Positions 47,602-57,164 of a stretch of 64,000 nt of DNA are shown piece after piece (the stretch's first letter is position 1; each line of letters opens with the position of its first letter). The notes beneath the pieces are model-generated. The model was not told the DNA's origin. It made no database searches and saw only the letters and a program-made list of their open reading frames with translations. The stretch is taken from contig OY821641.1 in NCBI GenBank assembly GCA_963555995.3, positions 2,464,001 to 2,528,000 of the forward strand, read 5' to 3'. Both the position numbers and the translations under genes were made by a program. Source of the stretch: Vicinamibacteria bacterium (GTDB taxonomy: Bacteria > Acidobacteriota > Vicinamibacteria > Marinacidobacterales > Marinacidobacteraceae).

Positions 47602-48432
47602 CTACCGGGCGAGGAGGCGCCGGGCCTGGCGGAGGTGGAGTTCCTCCAGCAGCTCCCCGTCGAGTTCGACGACCGCGACGCCGCGGGCGGCGGCGTCCTC
47701 CATGACGCGGACCACGCGCTCCGCCCAGGTGCGTTCCTCCCCGGTAGGTGCGAAGGCCTCGTGGATCACGGGTATCTGCGCCGGGTGGACCGCGGACTTG
47801 CCGTCGAAACCCGCCTCCGCGGCGTGGCGGGCGCTCCGGCGCAGCCCTTCCAGATCGCGGAAGGCGAACCACGGCGCGTCCCACGCGTGAATCCCGGCGG
47901 CGCGGGCGGCGAGCAGGATCCGCTGCCGGACGAAATCCAGCTCCGACTCACCCTGCCGCATCCGGGCGCCGATGCTCAGCCGGTAGTCGGCGGACCCGAA
48001 CACGAGGCCTTCCACGCCGGGTACGCGGGCGAGGTCGAAGACGTTCGCGGCGCCGGGCGCGGTCTCGATCATCAGCCAGAGGGGCGCGGCGCGGCCCAGG
48101 AGGTCTCGAGCGACCCGGACAGTCTCACCGGATTCGGCCTTGGGGATCAGGACGGCGTCAAACCCGGCGGTGGCCGCCGCTTCCAGGTCGGCGTGTCCGC
48201 CGGGGCCCTCCGGAGGGTTGGTCCTGAGCGCGACGACCGCACCGGCGCCGGCCAGCGCGGCCCGGGACCCGTGAAGGCGTTCCCGCGCGGTGTCCTTCTG
48301 CGACGGGTGGACTCCGTCCTCGAGGTCCAGCACCACGATGTCGGCGCCGCGGCTGGCGGCCTTCGCGACCATCCGCTCGCTGGAGGCGGGAACGTAGAGG
48401 AGCGAGCGAAGCGGGCGAGTGTCGGCGTCCAC
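47602..48432 (-). CDS. CitE/HpcH family CoA-ester lyase
   Basis: RSLLYVP, LDLEDGV, IPKAES, MIETA, FGSAD, GKSAVHPAQI; start GTG 48432. Confidence 0.9.
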   Translation of the reverse strand: MDADTRPLRSLLYVPASSERMVAKAASRGADIVVLDLEDGVHPSQKDTARERLHGSRAALAGAGAVVALRTNPPEGPGGHADLEAAATAGFDAVLIPKAESGETVRVARDLLGRAAPLWLMIETAPGAANVFDLARVPGVEGLVFGSADYRLSIGARMRQGESELDFVRQRILLAARAAGIHAWDAPWFAFRDLEGLRRSARHAAEAGFDGKSAVHPAQIPVIHEAFAPTGEERTWAERVVRVMEDAAARGVAVVELDGELLEELHLRQARRLLAR

Positions 48433-48524
48433 GGCCGCGAGTATTCCACTGTTGGGGGTGGGCGTTGCGCCGTCCCGGGCGGTGGGCCGGGAACCGAAGC
48501 GCCGCACCGTTCGTTTGGGTGGAC

Positions 48525-49073
48525 ATGATGAAACTACTGCGCCATGCAACCATGGCCACCGTCGCCCTCGCCCTGACCGCCCTCCCGGCGCTCGGGCAGG
48601 AGCGACCCTGGCTCCATGTCCAGGTCGAAGACGGAGACGACAACACCAAGGTCGAGGTGAACCTGCCGTTCGCCGCGGTGGAGGCGCTCGGCGACTCGCT
48701 CGGCGGGCACATCCTCGACGAGATCGAGAGGGAATGGGACCACGACACCGACGTGGACGTGGACGCCGAGGACCTCCAGGCGCTCTGGCAGTCGCTCCGC
48801 GACAACCCGGGCGCCTGGGTGACGATTGACGAAGAGGACCGGGGCAACCTCCGCGCCCGGATGGACGGCGACGAGATCCGCATCGAGGGCAGCGGCGGCG
48901 ACGGCGCGCTCGATGTGCGGTTTCCGGTCGCCTTCGGGGATGCACTCTTCGGTGAAGAGGGAACCAAGCCCGACCTCGCCGCGGCCATCCGCGCGCTCGC
49001 GGACCACGACGATGTCCTGGTCTCGGTCGGCGGGGACGACGGCCGGGTCCGGGTCTGGATCGGACCCCGGTAG
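48525..49073 (+). CDS. Secreted hypothetical protein with internal duplication
   Basis: Signal peptide, GC-typical codon usage, acidic two-repeat body. Confidence 0.75.
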   Translation: MMKLLRHATMATVALALTALPALGQERPWLHVQVEDGDDNTKVEVNLPFAAVEALGDSLGGHILDEIEREWDHDTDVDVDAEDLQALWQSLRDNPGAWVTIDEEDRGNLRARMDGDEIRIEGSGGDGALDVRFPVAFGDALFGEEGTKPDLAAAIRALADHDDVLVSVGGDDGRVRVWIGPR

Positions 49074-49079
49074 CCGGTC

Positions 49080-49643
49080 ATGCTCCGCCTGCTCGGACTC
49101 CTGCTCGCCGCGGCCCTGATCTCGGCGCTCCTGTTCGGCGCCTGCGCCGCGGCCTGCGGCGTCGCGGTGGTATCGGTGGTCGCCGAGGAGGGGCCGAAGA
49201 TCGTGGCGCCGGTGCCCCTGATGCTCCCCCTGGCCGCGCTCCATCTCGTCCCGGATCACCTTGTGGACCACGAGATCCATGAGGAAATGGATGCGTTGGA
49301 AGGCGCGGCAGTCCTGGCGCTCGGGCCGTTCGCGCGGGCCCTCGAAGCGGCGGGCGACGCCGTGCTCGTGCGGGTCACCGACGGAGAGGACCAGGTCCTC
49401 ATCGCCACCGAGGGAGACGACCTCGTCGTCCGGGCCCGGGAAGGAGGCGATTCCGGCAACCGGGTCTTCGTGCGGACGCCGCTGCGCGTGCTCGGGGACA
49501 TCGGCGACGCGTGCGAGGCGTTGGGGGATTCCGAGGTCCGCTGCGATCCGCTCGGGATGGCCCGGTCGCTGCTGTCGGCCGCCCGCGGCACGGAGATCGA
49601 GGTGCGGGACGGCGAGACGCGGGTGGACGTCACCGTCTGGTAG
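49080..49643 (+). CDS. Membrane-anchored hypothetical protein, probable paralog of the upstream gene
   Basis: Hydrophobic N-terminus, similar V.P.../VLV.V..G...V.V.W pattern. Confidence 0.7.
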   Translation: MLRLLGLLLAAALISALLFGACAAACGVAVVSVVAEEGPKIVAPVPLMLPLAALHLVPDHLVDHEIHEEMDALEGAAVLALGPFARALEAAGDAVLVRVTDGEDQVLIATEGDDLVVRAREGGDSGNRVFVRTPLRVLGDIGDACEALGDSEVRCDPLGMARSLLSAARGTEIEVRDGETRVDVTVW

Positions 49644-49697
49644 CGCGGTTTTCCGAACCAGGTGTTCCACGTCGTACGCGTCGTGAGGATGGGTGAG

Positions 49698-49756
49698 GTT
49701 GCGACGTGCGCGGCGCGGAGCGCCGCGCGTGCCGGTCTGGAGACCGGCGTTCCAAG
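49698..49756 (+). repeat. REP family A copy
   Basis: Consensus copy 12 bp past the stop of array gene 1. Confidence 0.9.
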
Positions 49757-49768
49757 GCGGTACGCCGC

Positions 49769-52102
49769 TCAGAAACGGAAGAGGCGGGTGAACTTGACGA
49801 TGAAGGACTGCGTGTTGAGTTCGGGGTACCCGGGCGCCAGGGTGTCCCGGAGGGAGTTGTAGACAACGTAGAGGTCGCTGCCCGGTTCGTACTCCCAGCG
49901 GAAGCGGACGTTCGTCGAGAGGCTGTTCGCGGCGGTGTTGTACTGGAGGAACGCCGCGAAGAAGCTGCGGGGCGAGAGCGTGTAGTTGATCCGCGAGGCG
50001 ATCAGGCTGGTGTCGTAGTCGCCGGTCGGAAGATCAATCCAGTTCATCGAGACGGTGGGTTCGAGGGAGAAGCGCGTCGTCACCTCGACCCGCCCGCGCC
50101 ACGCCGCCTCGCGGCGCGTCCCCGAGAAGAAGCCCCCCTGCTGGTAGGCGAAGTTTCCCGAGACGGGACGCTGCGGCCCCGCCTGGTAGGCGACCCGGAC
50201 GTGGTCGAAGTCATAGGGGCCCACCCCGACGCCGATCCCCGCGTCCGCGTCCAGGAAGAACTCTTCGCTCAGCACCTCCCGGTTGCGGGCGGCGTCCATG
50301 TTCAGCCGGTCCCCGTTCTCCAGTTCGACCTCCGTCTGCAACTGGAGGATCCGCGTTTCCAGGGTCCCTTCGTTGTCGGTGGTGTAGTCGAGGCTGCCGG
50401 TCCAGCCGATCTGGCGCAGCCAGGAGATCGAGTGCGGCCGGGGGCTGAAGCGCGCCTCGCCGTAGTTGCGCTGGAAGTCCCGGCGGCGCAGGAACCCGAT
50501 GCCCGGATCGAAACCGTCTCCGACCACCAGCCGTTCCGTCTTCAGCCCGTAACGGTCGCCGTTGTACTCGAACTGGCCCAGGTAGCTCATCCCGGTCCGG
50601 TCCTCGAGCTCGTTTTGCGTCCAGGCGGCGTAGGACTGGATGGTGAGGTTCTCGAAGAACCCGAAGCGGGCGTCCATCCCGTAGGCGAAGTTCCGCCCCA
50701 GCCCGCCGGCGCCGTGGGAGCGGTAGGTGCCCATGACGCCCACGGTGCTGCGGTTCAGGATGTCGCGCTTCAGCCGCAGGACGGAGAAGTCGGTCTCCGG
50801 TGCGCCGGCGGCGCTGTTCGCACCGGTGCGGATGGCGAGGGCCCCGACACCGAAGTCGCCGAGCTTGCCGGTCACCCGGCCGCCGCCGAGGATCGGCACG
50901 ATCTGGCCGCCGGCGATCCCGATCTGGCGGCTGAAGAAGAGCACCGGGGTACTGCTCGGCGGGCCGAAGCTGCGCGTGGACCCCGCGGGCGGGCTCCGGC
51001 TCGCGGTGCCGAAGCTGAAGGTCCCCTGCCCTTCGAGGAAGAACTCGCGCTTCTCGGGAAAGAACAGGCTGAAACGGGTCAGGTTGATCTGCTGGGCGTC
51101 CGCCTCGACCTGGGCGAAGTCGGTGTTCCAGGTGAGGTCGGCGATCAGGCCGCTGGTGATGCCGACCTTGGCGTCCACCCCGAAGTCGCCGCCGTAGTCC
51201 CGCTCCAGCCCGCCGGCGGCGGCGCGGACCCCGGCGGCGTCCCCGATGAGGTAGGGCTTCACGTCCACGGTCCGGGAACTCGCCGGCGCGTCCAGGCCCA
51301 CGAGCGTCCCCGCCGAGCTGATCTTGGTGATGCCGCGGGGTCCGAGAGCCGTGGGGACCCGGGTGAGGTAGGACAGCTCGTTTTTCCAGCGCACCGTGCG
51401 GCGGAAGTTGATGCCCCACACCTGGGGGCCTCCGCTCGCGTAGCGCAGCGTCTTGAACGGGATCCGCATCTCCATGGTCCAGCCGTTTTCGAACCGTGCC
51501 GCCCGCGAGTCCCAGACCCCGGACCAGTCGCGGTTGGGAGGGTTCTCGTCCGCGATGAGGCCGTCGAAGAACCCGCCGAGCGGGTTCATGTAGAAGAAGA
51601 AGGCGTTCCGGCGGTCGTAGAAGGTGTCGAGGACGACCGCGAGGTTCTCGTTGTTGAAGATGCCGAAGTTGTCGCGCCGCATCTCGGTCGCCACCATGCG
51701 GTGGGGCTGGCTGTCCCAGCACCTGCCGGCGACGTACACCGCCTCGTCGTCGTAGAAGATCCAGACTTCGGTCGGCTCGGTGGCGGGTTCGCCGTCGAGC
51801 GGCAGCGACTGGATGAAACCGCCCACCCCGGGCACCCGGTCGTAGATGGCGTCGTCGAGGCGGCCGTCGAAATCGAGCGGCTCGGTGAGGCGGGTGGCGC
51901 GCATGGTGGCGCCCCCGGCGTCGTCGCGCCGCACCATCTCGGGAAGCTCGGGGGGCGCGGGGCCGCGCACCACGGAGGCCGGCGCCGGCGCCGAGCCCTG
52001 GCCGTCTTGGCGTTCGGCGAGCTCCGCGGACTGCGCCCACAGGGAAACCGGAACGATCAGGGCGGCGCCGGGAAGGAGGAGCCGGAACGCAGAGGGGGCC
52101 AA
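49769..52102 (-). CDS. CBM9-like + DUF5916-like predicted outer-membrane protein, array gene 1 (subfamily I)
   Basis: Signal-like N-terminus, DGRLDD, LDTFYDRRN, W..E.RIPFKTLRY, NTDFAQVEAD, FPEKREFFLEG, C-terminal FTRLFRF. Confidence 0.85.
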   Translation of the reverse strand: MAPSAFRLLLPGAALIVPVSLWAQSAELAERQDGQGSAPAPASVVRGPAPPELPEMVRRDDAGGATMRATRLTEPLDFDGRLDDAIYDRVPGVGGFIQSLPLDGEPATEPTEVWIFYDDEAVYVAGRCWDSQPHRMVATEMRRDNFGIFNNENLAVVLDTFYDRRNAFFFYMNPLGGFFDGLIADENPPNRDWSGVWDSRAARFENGWTMEMRIPFKTLRYASGGPQVWGINFRRTVRWKNELSYLTRVPTALGPRGITKISSAGTLVGLDAPASSRTVDVKPYLIGDAAGVRAAAGGLERDYGGDFGVDAKVGITSGLIADLTWNTDFAQVEADAQQINLTRFSLFFPEKREFFLEGQGTFSFGTASRSPPAGSTRSFGPPSSTPVLFFSRQIGIAGGQIVPILGGGRVTGKLGDFGVGALAIRTGANSAAGAPETDFSVLRLKRDILNRSTVGVMGTYRSHGAGGLGRNFAYGMDARFGFFENLTIQSYAAWTQNELEDRTGMSYLGQFEYNGDRYGLKTERLVVGDGFDPGIGFLRRRDFQRNYGEARFSPRPHSISWLRQIGWTGSLDYTTDNEGTLETRILQLQTEVELENGDRLNMDAARNREVLSEEFFLDADAGIGVGVGPYDFDHVRVAYQAGPQRPVSGNFAYQQGGFFSGTRREAAWRGRVEVTTRFSLEPTVSMNWIDLPTGDYDTSLIASRINYTLSPRSFFAAFLQYNTAANSLSTNVRFRWEYEPGSDLYVVYNSLRDTLAPGYPELNTQSFIVKFTRLFRF

Positions 52103-52161
52103 AAGAGGGACTCGGAGGTCCCGGAACTCTACGCCGGGACCGGTGGCCGATCCGGGGTCCG

Positions 52162-52220
52162 GCGGCGACGTGCGCAGCGCGGAGCGCTGCGCGTGCCGGT
52201 CTGAAGACCGGCGCTCCCGG
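52162..52220 (+). repeat. REP family A copy
   Basis: Variant with a compensatory A-T pair, 2 bp past the stop of array gene 2. Confidence 0.85.
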
Positions 52221-52222
52221 CC

Positions 52223-54556
52223 TCAGAAGCGGAAGAGGCGGGTGAACTTGACGATGAGGGCCTGGGTGTTGAGTTCGGGGTATCCCGGCGCCAGCGTGTC
52301 GCGGAGCGAGTTGTAGACGACGTAGAAGTCGCTGCCCGGTTCGTACTCCCAGCGGAACCGGACGTTCGTGGAGAGGCTGTTCGCGGCGGTGTTGTACTGG
52401 AGGAACGCCGCGAGGAAGCTGCGGGGCGACAGGGTGTAGTTGATCCGGGAGGCGATCAGGCTGGTGTCGTAGTCGCCGGCCGGGAGGTCAATCCAGTTCA
52501 GGGAGACGATGGGCTCAAGGGAGAACTGCGGCGTCACCTCCACGCGTCCGCGCCATGCCGCCTCGCGGCGGGTTCCGGAGAAGAAACCCCCCTGCTGGTA
52601 GGCGAAGTTGCCCGAGATGGGGCGGGTCGGCCCCGCCTGGTAGCTGATCCGCACGTCGTCGAAGTCGTAGGCGCCGACCCCGACGCCGATGCCCGCGTCG
52701 GCGTCCAGCAGGAACTCCTCGCTCAGCACTTCGCGGTTCCGGGCGGCATTCACGTTGAGCTGGTCTCCGTTCTCGAACTCCACCCGCGTGCGCAGCGAGA
52801 AGATCCGGGTTTCCAGGATCCCTTCGTTGTCGGTGGTGTGGTCCACGCTGCCGGTCCAGCCGATCTTGCGAAGCCACGAGATCGAGTGCGGCCGGGGGCT
52901 GAAGCGCGCCTCGGCGTAGTTGCGCTGGAAATCCCGGCGGCGCAGGAACCCGATGCCGGGGTCGAAGCCGTCCCCGACCACGAGCCGTTCCGTCTTGAGG
53001 CCGTAGCGGTCGCCGTTGTAGTCGAGCTGGCCCAGGTAGCTCATCCCGGTCTTGTCTTCGAGTTCGTTCTGCGTCCAGGCGGCGTAGCTCTGGATGGTGA
53101 GGTTCTCGAAGAACCCGAACTGGGCGTCCATCCCGTAGGCGAAGTTCCGTCCCAGCCCGCTCGGGGTGTGGGAGCGGTAGGTGCCCATGACGCCCACCGT
53201 ACTGCGGTTCAGGACGTCGCGCTTCAGCCGCAGGACCGAGAAGTCCGTCTTGGGCGCGCCCGCGGCGGTGTTCGCGCCGCTGCGGATGGCGAGCGCCCCG
53301 ACGCCGAAGTCGCCGAGCTTGCCGGTCACCCGCCCGCCGCCGAGGATCGGCACCGCCTGGCCGCCGGCGATCCCGATCTGGCGGCTGAAGAAGAGCACCG
53401 GGGTGCTGCTCGGCGGGCCGAAGCTGCGCGTGGATCCGGAGGGCGGCGCCCGCGACGCGGTGCCAAAGGCGAAGATCCCCTGCCCCTCCAGGAAGAACTC
53501 TCGCTTCTCGGGAAAGAAGAGGCTGAAGCGGGTGAGGTTGATCTGCTGGGCGTCCGCCTCCACCTGGGCGAAGTCGGTGTTCCAGGTGAGGTCGGCGGTG
53601 AGCCCGCTGGTGATCCCGATCTTGGCGTCCACCCCGTAGTCGCCGCCGTACTCGCGTTCCAGCCCGCCGACGCCCGCGCGGACCCCGGCGCCGTCCCCGA
53701 TGACGTAGGGCTTGACCTCGACGGTGCGGGAACTCGCTGGCGCTTCGAGGCCCACCAGGGTGCCCGCCGAGCTGACCTTGGTCATCGCCCGCGGACCCAT
53801 GGCGGCGGGAAGCCGGGTCAGATAGGAGTACTCGTTCTTCCAGCGCACGATGCGGCGGAAGTTGATTCCCCAGACCTGCGGGCCGCCCCGGGCGTAGCGC
53901 AGGGTCTTGAAGGGGATGGCCATCTCCACGGTCCAGCCGTTCTCGAACCGGGCCGCCCTGGAGTCCCAGACCGCGGTCCAGTCGCGGTTCACGTTCAGTT
54001 CGTCCACGATGAGGCCGTCGAAGAAGCCACCGATCGGGTTCATATAGAAGAAGAAGGCGTTCCGCCGGTCGTAGAAGGTGTCCAGGATGAGGCCGAAGTT
54101 CTCGTTGTTGTGGATGCCGAAGTGGTCGCGGCGCATCTCGGTCGCCACCATCCGGTCGGGCTGGCTGTCCCAGTTGCGGCCGGCCACGTAGAGGGTGTCG
54201 TCGTCGTAGAAGACCCAGACCTCCGTCGCCTCGGTGGCGGGTTCGCCTTCGAGCGGCAGCGACTGGATGAACCCGCCCACCCCGGGCACCCGGTCGTAGA
54301 CGGCGTCGTCGAGGCGGCCGTCGAAGTCGAGCGGCTCCGTGAGGCGGGTGGCGCGCATGGTGGCGCCGCCCGCGTCGTCGCGGCGGACCATCTCGGGAAG
54401 GTCGGGAGGGGCGGGGCCCCGGACCGCGGCCGTGGCCGCCGGCGCCGCGCCCTGGCCCTGCTGGCGTTCACCGAGTTCGGCGGATTGTGCCCACAGGGAG
54501 ACCGGAACGATCAGGGCGGCGCCGGGGAGGAGGAGCCGGAACGCGGAGGGGGCCAA
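52223..54556 (-). CDS. CBM9/DUF5916-like protein, array gene 2 (subfamily I)
   Basis: Same motifs; TTG 54556 gives 777 aa, the same length and leader as gene 1. Confidence 0.85.
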   Translation of the reverse strand: MAPSAFRLLLPGAALIVPVSLWAQSAELGERQQGQGAAPAATAAVRGPAPPDLPEMVRRDDAGGATMRATRLTEPLDFDGRLDDAVYDRVPGVGGFIQSLPLEGEPATEATEVWVFYDDDTLYVAGRNWDSQPDRMVATEMRRDHFGIHNNENFGLILDTFYDRRNAFFFYMNPIGGFFDGLIVDELNVNRDWTAVWDSRAARFENGWTVEMAIPFKTLRYARGGPQVWGINFRRIVRWKNEYSYLTRLPAAMGPRAMTKVSSAGTLVGLEAPASSRTVEVKPYVIGDGAGVRAGVGGLEREYGGDYGVDAKIGITSGLTADLTWNTDFAQVEADAQQINLTRFSLFFPEKREFFLEGQGIFAFGTASRAPPSGSTRSFGPPSSTPVLFFSRQIGIAGGQAVPILGGGRVTGKLGDFGVGALAIRSGANTAAGAPKTDFSVLRLKRDVLNRSTVGVMGTYRSHTPSGLGRNFAYGMDAQFGFFENLTIQSYAAWTQNELEDKTGMSYLGQLDYNGDRYGLKTERLVVGDGFDPGIGFLRRRDFQRNYAEARFSPRPHSISWLRKIGWTGSVDHTTDNEGILETRIFSLRTRVEFENGDQLNVNAARNREVLSEEFLLDADAGIGVGVGAYDFDDVRISYQAGPTRPISGNFAYQQGGFFSGTRREAAWRGRVEVTPQFSLEPIVSLNWIDLPAGDYDTSLIASRINYTLSPRSFLAAFLQYNTAANSLSTNVRFRWEYEPGSDFYVVYNSLRDTLAPGYPELNTQALIVKFTRLFRF

Positions 54557-54682
54557 CAAAGGGACTCGGAGGTCCCGGAACTCTACGGGACCGATGGCCG
54601 ATCCGGATCTGGCGTGGCATACGGTGGCGTCACCCCCGGAGGCGGGCGTTGGCAAACCGGGGGCGCCGCGAGGATGGGTCGA

Positions 54683-54862
54683 GTTACGACGAGCGCAGCG
54701 CGGAGCGCTGCGCGTGCCGGTCTGGAGACCGGCGTTCCAGGCCGGGGGCGCCACCTCCGCTCTTGAGCTCGACGCCGAGGCGGGAGCCGCCTTTCCGGAT
54801 GAGGTTGCGACGTGCGCAGCGCGGAGCGCTGCGCGTGCCGGTCTGGAGACCGGCGTTCCAAG
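54683..54862 (+). repeat. Two REP family A copies (54683-54741, 54804-54862) in a BIME-like unit
   Basis: Period 121 bp; the spacer shares CACCTCCGCTCTTGAGC with the 119-bp units. Confidence 0.88.
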
Positions 54863-54866
54863 CCCG

Positions 54867-57164
54867 TCAGAAGCGGAAGAGGCGGGTGAACTTGATGATG
54901 AAGGACTGGGTGTCGAGTTCGGGGTACCCGGGCATCAGGGTGTCCCGGAGCGAGTTGTAAACGAGGAAGAAGTCGCTGCCCGGCTGGTACTCCCAGCGGA
55001 ACCGGACGTTCGTCGAGAGGCTGTCGGCGGCGCTGTTGTACTGGAGGAACGCGGCGAGAAAGCTCCGGGGAGAGAGGTTGTAGTTGAGCCTCGCGGCGAC
55101 CAGCCGGGTGTCGTAAACCCCGCCCGGAAGGGTGATCCAGTTGAGGGAGACCGTCGGCTCCACGATGAAGTGGGGAATGACTTCGAGCCGGCCGCGCCAG
55201 GCGAGCTCGCGCCTCGTTCCCGAGAAGAACCCGCCCTGCTGCCAGGCGAAGGTCCCCGAGACCGGCCGCTGGGGACCGGCCCGGTAGCTGAGGCGGGCGG
55301 TGTCGAAGTCATGGGGGCCGATGGCCACCGCCAGGTCGTCCGTCAGCCGGAACTCCTCGTGGAGCACTTCCCGGTTCCGCGCCAACTCGAACTGGAAGCT
55401 GTCTCCGTTCTCGATCTCCGCCTCTGACCGGAGCGAGAAGATCCGGGTTTCGAGATTGCCGTCGCTATCCGTCGTGTAGTCCACGCTGGGGGTCCAGCCG
55501 ATCTTCCGCAGCCAGGCGATCGAGCGGGGCCGGGGGCTGAAGCGCGCCTCCGCGTAGTTGCGCTCGAAGTCCCGGCGCCGCAGGAAGCCGATCCCGGGAT
55601 CGAAGCCCTCGCCGACCACCAGCCGCTCGAACTGGAGCCCATAACGGTCGGCCTGGTAGTCGAACTGGCCGCGGTAGCTCATGCCGGTCCGCTCCTCGTG
55701 TTCGTTCTTCGTCCAGGCGGCGTAGCTGCGGATGTCGAGGTTCTCGTAGAGCCCGAAGCGGGCGTCCATCCCGTAGGCGGCGTTGCTCCCCAGGCCGTCT
55801 CCGGTGTCCGAGCGGTAGGTCCCCATCATGCCGACGGTGCTGCGGCCAAGGATGTCCCGCTTCAGCCGGATCACCGAGAAGTCGGTCTCCGGGGCGCCCG
55901 CCGCGGCGTTCGCGCCGGACCGCATGGCGAGCGCGCCGACGCCGAAGTCGCCGAGCTTCCCCGTCACCCGGGCGCCGCCGCGGATGGGCGCCAACCGGTT
56001 CCCGGCGATCCCGATCCGGCGGCTGAAGAAGAGGAGCGGGACGCTGCTCGGCGCTCCGAATCGGCGGGCCGAGGCGCGCGGCGTCCGCTCCGAGGTCCCG
56101 AAGGCGAAGAGTCCCTGCCCTTCCAGGAAGAACTCCCGCTTCTCGGGGAAGAAGAGGCTGAACCGGGTCAGGTTGATCTGCTGGGCGTCCGCCTCGACCT
56201 GCGCGAAGTCGGTGTTCCAGGTCAGGTCGGCGGTGAGCCCGCTGGTGATGCCGACCTTCGCGTCCACCCCGAAGTCGGAACCGAACTCCCGGTCGAACCC
56301 GGCGTCCTCCGCCCGGGAGCCGGCGGCGTCGCCGGTGAGGTACGGCTTCACCTCCACGGTCCGGGAGCTGGGCGGCGCCTCGAGGCCGACCAGGGTGCCG
56401 TAGGAACTGACCTTGGTGATGGACCAGATGCCGAGGGCGGCCGGGAGTTGGGTCAGGTAGGAGATTTCGTTCTTCCAGCGGACGACCCGGCGGAAGTTGA
56501 TGCCCCAGACCTGGGGACCTCCGGCGGGATAGCGGAGGGTCTTGAACGGAAACCGCAGTTCGGTCGTCCAGCCGTCCTCGAACCAGGCGGTCCGGGAGTC
56601 CCACACCGCGGTCCAGTCCCGGTTGAAGTTGCGTTCGTCGGTGATGAGGCCGTCGAAGAACCCGCCGAGGGGGTTCAGGTAGAAGATGAAGGCGTTCCGG
56701 CGGTCGTAGAAGGTGTCGAAGGTGACGGCGAGGTGCTGGTTCAGCCAGATGCTCCCGTGGTCGCGCCGCAACTCGTTGGCCACGATCCGGTGGGGCTGGG
56801 TGTCCCAGCAGCGTCCGGCGATGTAGATCGCCTCGTCGTCGAAGAAAACCCAGACCTCGGTCTTCTCGGTGGCCGGCGCCCCTTCGAGCGGCTCGGTCTG
56901 GATGAAATCGCTGATTCCGGGAACCCGGTCGTAGATCGCCTCGTCGAGCCGTCCATCAAGGTCGAGCGGCTCCTCGAGCCGAACGGCCCGGATGGTGGCG
57001 CCGCCCTGGTCGTCGCGCCGGATCATCGCCGGGGGTTCGGGGGGCGCGGGACCGTGGATCACGGGCGCCGGCGCGGGTTGCTCCTCCTGTTGGCCGCCGG
57101 CCAGCGGCGGCGCCGAAACCAGTCCGGCGGCAAGGGCGCCAAGCAGCCCGGGAAGGCGGCTCAG
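54867..57164 (-). CDS. CBM9/DUF5916-like protein, array gene 3 (subfamily I); probable CTG start
   Basis: Same motifs; in-frame signal peptide upstream of the ORF-track start (57062) begins at a CTG overlapping the gene 4 stop. Confidence 0.8.
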   Translation of the reverse strand: MSRLPGLLGALAAGLVSAPPLAGGQQEEQPAPAPVIHGPAPPEPPAMIRRDDQGGATIRAVRLEEPLDLDGRLDEAIYDRVPGISDFIQTEPLEGAPATEKTEVWVFFDDEAIYIAGRCWDTQPHRIVANELRRDHGSIWLNQHLAVTFDTFYDRRNAFIFYLNPLGGFFDGLITDERNFNRDWTAVWDSRTAWFEDGWTTELRFPFKTLRYPAGGPQVWGINFRRVVRWKNEISYLTQLPAALGIWSITKVSSYGTLVGLEAPPSSRTVEVKPYLTGDAAGSRAEDAGFDREFGSDFGVDAKVGITSGLTADLTWNTDFAQVEADAQQINLTRFSLFFPEKREFFLEGQGLFAFGTSERTPRASARRFGAPSSVPLLFFSRRIGIAGNRLAPIRGGARVTGKLGDFGVGALAMRSGANAAAGAPETDFSVIRLKRDILGRSTVGMMGTYRSDTGDGLGSNAAYGMDARFGLYENLDIRSYAAWTKNEHEERTGMSYRGQFDYQADRYGLQFERLVVGEGFDPGIGFLRRRDFERNYAEARFSPRPRSIAWLRKIGWTPSVDYTTDSDGNLETRIFSLRSEAEIENGDSFQFELARNREVLHEEFRLTDDLAVAIGPHDFDTARLSYRAGPQRPVSGTFAWQQGGFFSGTRRELAWRGRLEVIPHFIVEPTVSLNWITLPGGVYDTRLVAARLNYNLSPRSFLAAFLQYNSAADSLSTNVRFRWEYQPGSDFFLVYNSLRDTLMPGYPELDTQSFIIKFTRLFRF

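Noticed and set aside
54557-54754. N-terminal extension of array gene 2 in the ORF track (WNAGLQTG...)
   Set aside because: It is translated REP and promoter sequence; the same peptide appears in many spurious ORFs over REP copies
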